A DNA stretch of 64,000 nt, taken from contig VJWM01000108.1 in assembly GCA_010909165.1 (NCBI GenBank), forward strand, positions 558,001-622,000. The letters are read 5' to 3'. Of this stretch, positions 62,901 to 64,000 are shown one piece after another. Source of the DNA: Anthoceros angustus. Taxonomy: Eukaryota; Plantae; Anthocerotophyta. The notes beneath the pieces were generated by a model, which saw only the letters and a list, made by a program, of their open reading frames with translations, was not told the origin of the DNA and did no database searches. A program made the position numbers and the translations under genes. How positions within the stretch are numbered: position 1 is the first letter of the stretch; each line of letters starts with the position of its first letter.

Positions 62901-63849
62901 GATGCACGCCAGGTTTTTGACAGCATGAACACAAAGGATGTGGTGACATGGAATGCCCTGATATCTGGGTATGGTACTTGTGATGATGGTCACAGAGCAC
63001 TAGCTTGTTTTGAGGAGATGTTAGTTGCCGGTATTCAGCCTGATGGTGCTACTTTTACTTGCCTTCTAGTAGCATGCAGTCATGAGGGACTGGTCCACGA
63101 GGGTCGCAAGCACTTTGATTCCATGGCTGAACAGCATGGCATCAAACCTACTACTGAGCATTACAATTGCATGATTGACCTTCTCGGGCGTGCGGGTCAT
63201 TTAGATGAGGCTGAGAAGATGCTGTTGTCATTCGAGGGTCAAAGTAATGTTGTGGGCTTGAGGTCATTGTTGAACGCCTGCAAAAGTCACGGGGACATAG
63301 AGAGGGCCATGTGGTGTTTTGAAAGCATTGTTAGGCTGGAACCCCAGGAGGCACCCGCCTATGTGCTCATGGCCAATGCCTACGCAGATGCAGGTAGGTG
63401 GACCGATGTAGACAGGATTGAACACAGAGAAGGGCAGGCAGCTAACAAGAAACCTGCAGTGGCGACCATTGAGGTGAATAAGCAGGTACATAGATTTCTG
63501 GTGGGAGAAAGGAGAGGATATTGCGGTTGAGGTGGAGAGCACAAATGCACGTCTGAAGCAGGAAGGAGGCCACGTACCTCACACAAAGTTGGTGTTGAAG
63601 CCAGTGTGTGAGAAGGAAAAGGAAGATATGCTTTGTGGACATGCAGAGAAGCTAGCTCTCGCGTTTGGGCTTTTGAACACCCCGAGTGGCACACCTCTGG
63701 TGGTAACGAAGAATCTACGCATGTGCAGTGACTGCCACAGTTCCACGGAGATCATGTCAAGGCTTGAACAGAGAGACATTGTTGTCAGGGATGGATACCG
63801 GGTGCATCGGTTCGCAAATGGTTGTTGCAGTTGCAAGGGCCGACCGTGA
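59943..63849 (+). pseudogene. Double-PDF PPR-DYW:KP (GRP) gene; indel-rich 5' copy, in-frame TGA at 61739-61741
   Basis: Duplicate of 58132-59622 continuing into the PLS array with an extra SS motif, E1/E2, KKPAVATIEV, HAEKLA, CSCKGRP. Confidence 0.72.
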
Positions 63850-64000
63850 GAACAGTGAAGAACCAGCCGGTACCCAAGGGTGTGCCTACAAAAGGCACGG
63901 GGATTTAGAGAGATCGAAGCGGTGTCTTGAAAGCATTGGTAGGCTGCAACTCCAGGTGCCCATGGCCAATGCCTTCGCAGACGTAGGCATAGGTGTGACC

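Noticed and set aside
45224-62932. Repetitive antisense ORFs (…AFHVTTSFVAKLSKTWRASSSSPHFAYMST…)
   Set aside because: These are shadow frames of the PPR repeats on the other strand.

Overview
This is nuclear DNA from a seed-free land plant, most likely a hornwort. That call is inferred from DYW domains ending in DRH/GRP, a HYDIN flagellar gene and short introns. The window is dominated by a cluster of intronless PLS-class PPR RNA-editing-factor genes and fragments. Most carry the DYW:KP variant (HAEKLA...CxDCH, ending DRH/GRP/GRL) linked to reverse U-to-C editing, and one is a truncated WW-type. The main finding is that these KP-type proteins carry one or two N-terminal copies of a motif matching the ssDNA-binding PDF motif of organellar OSB proteins (LWQQFFLDPTxWWDNRRDKKSSRSPDFRRKGSGEVLWL...PAWVDEQL). 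Other genes are the HYDIN 3' end, HP30/Tric, ATG16, a TPR-SET protein, a SAUR and tRNA-Gly(GCC). Mobile DNA includes a pogo-like element with a nested TIR element, a PIF/Harbinger element whose transposase is overwritten by copies of the neighbouring host gene, Tourist-like MITEs and LINE remnants. Many 1-bp homopolymer frameshifts and microhomology-joined duplications suggest a noisy long-read assembly, so gene counts and pseudogene calls in 32-64 kb need read-level checking.
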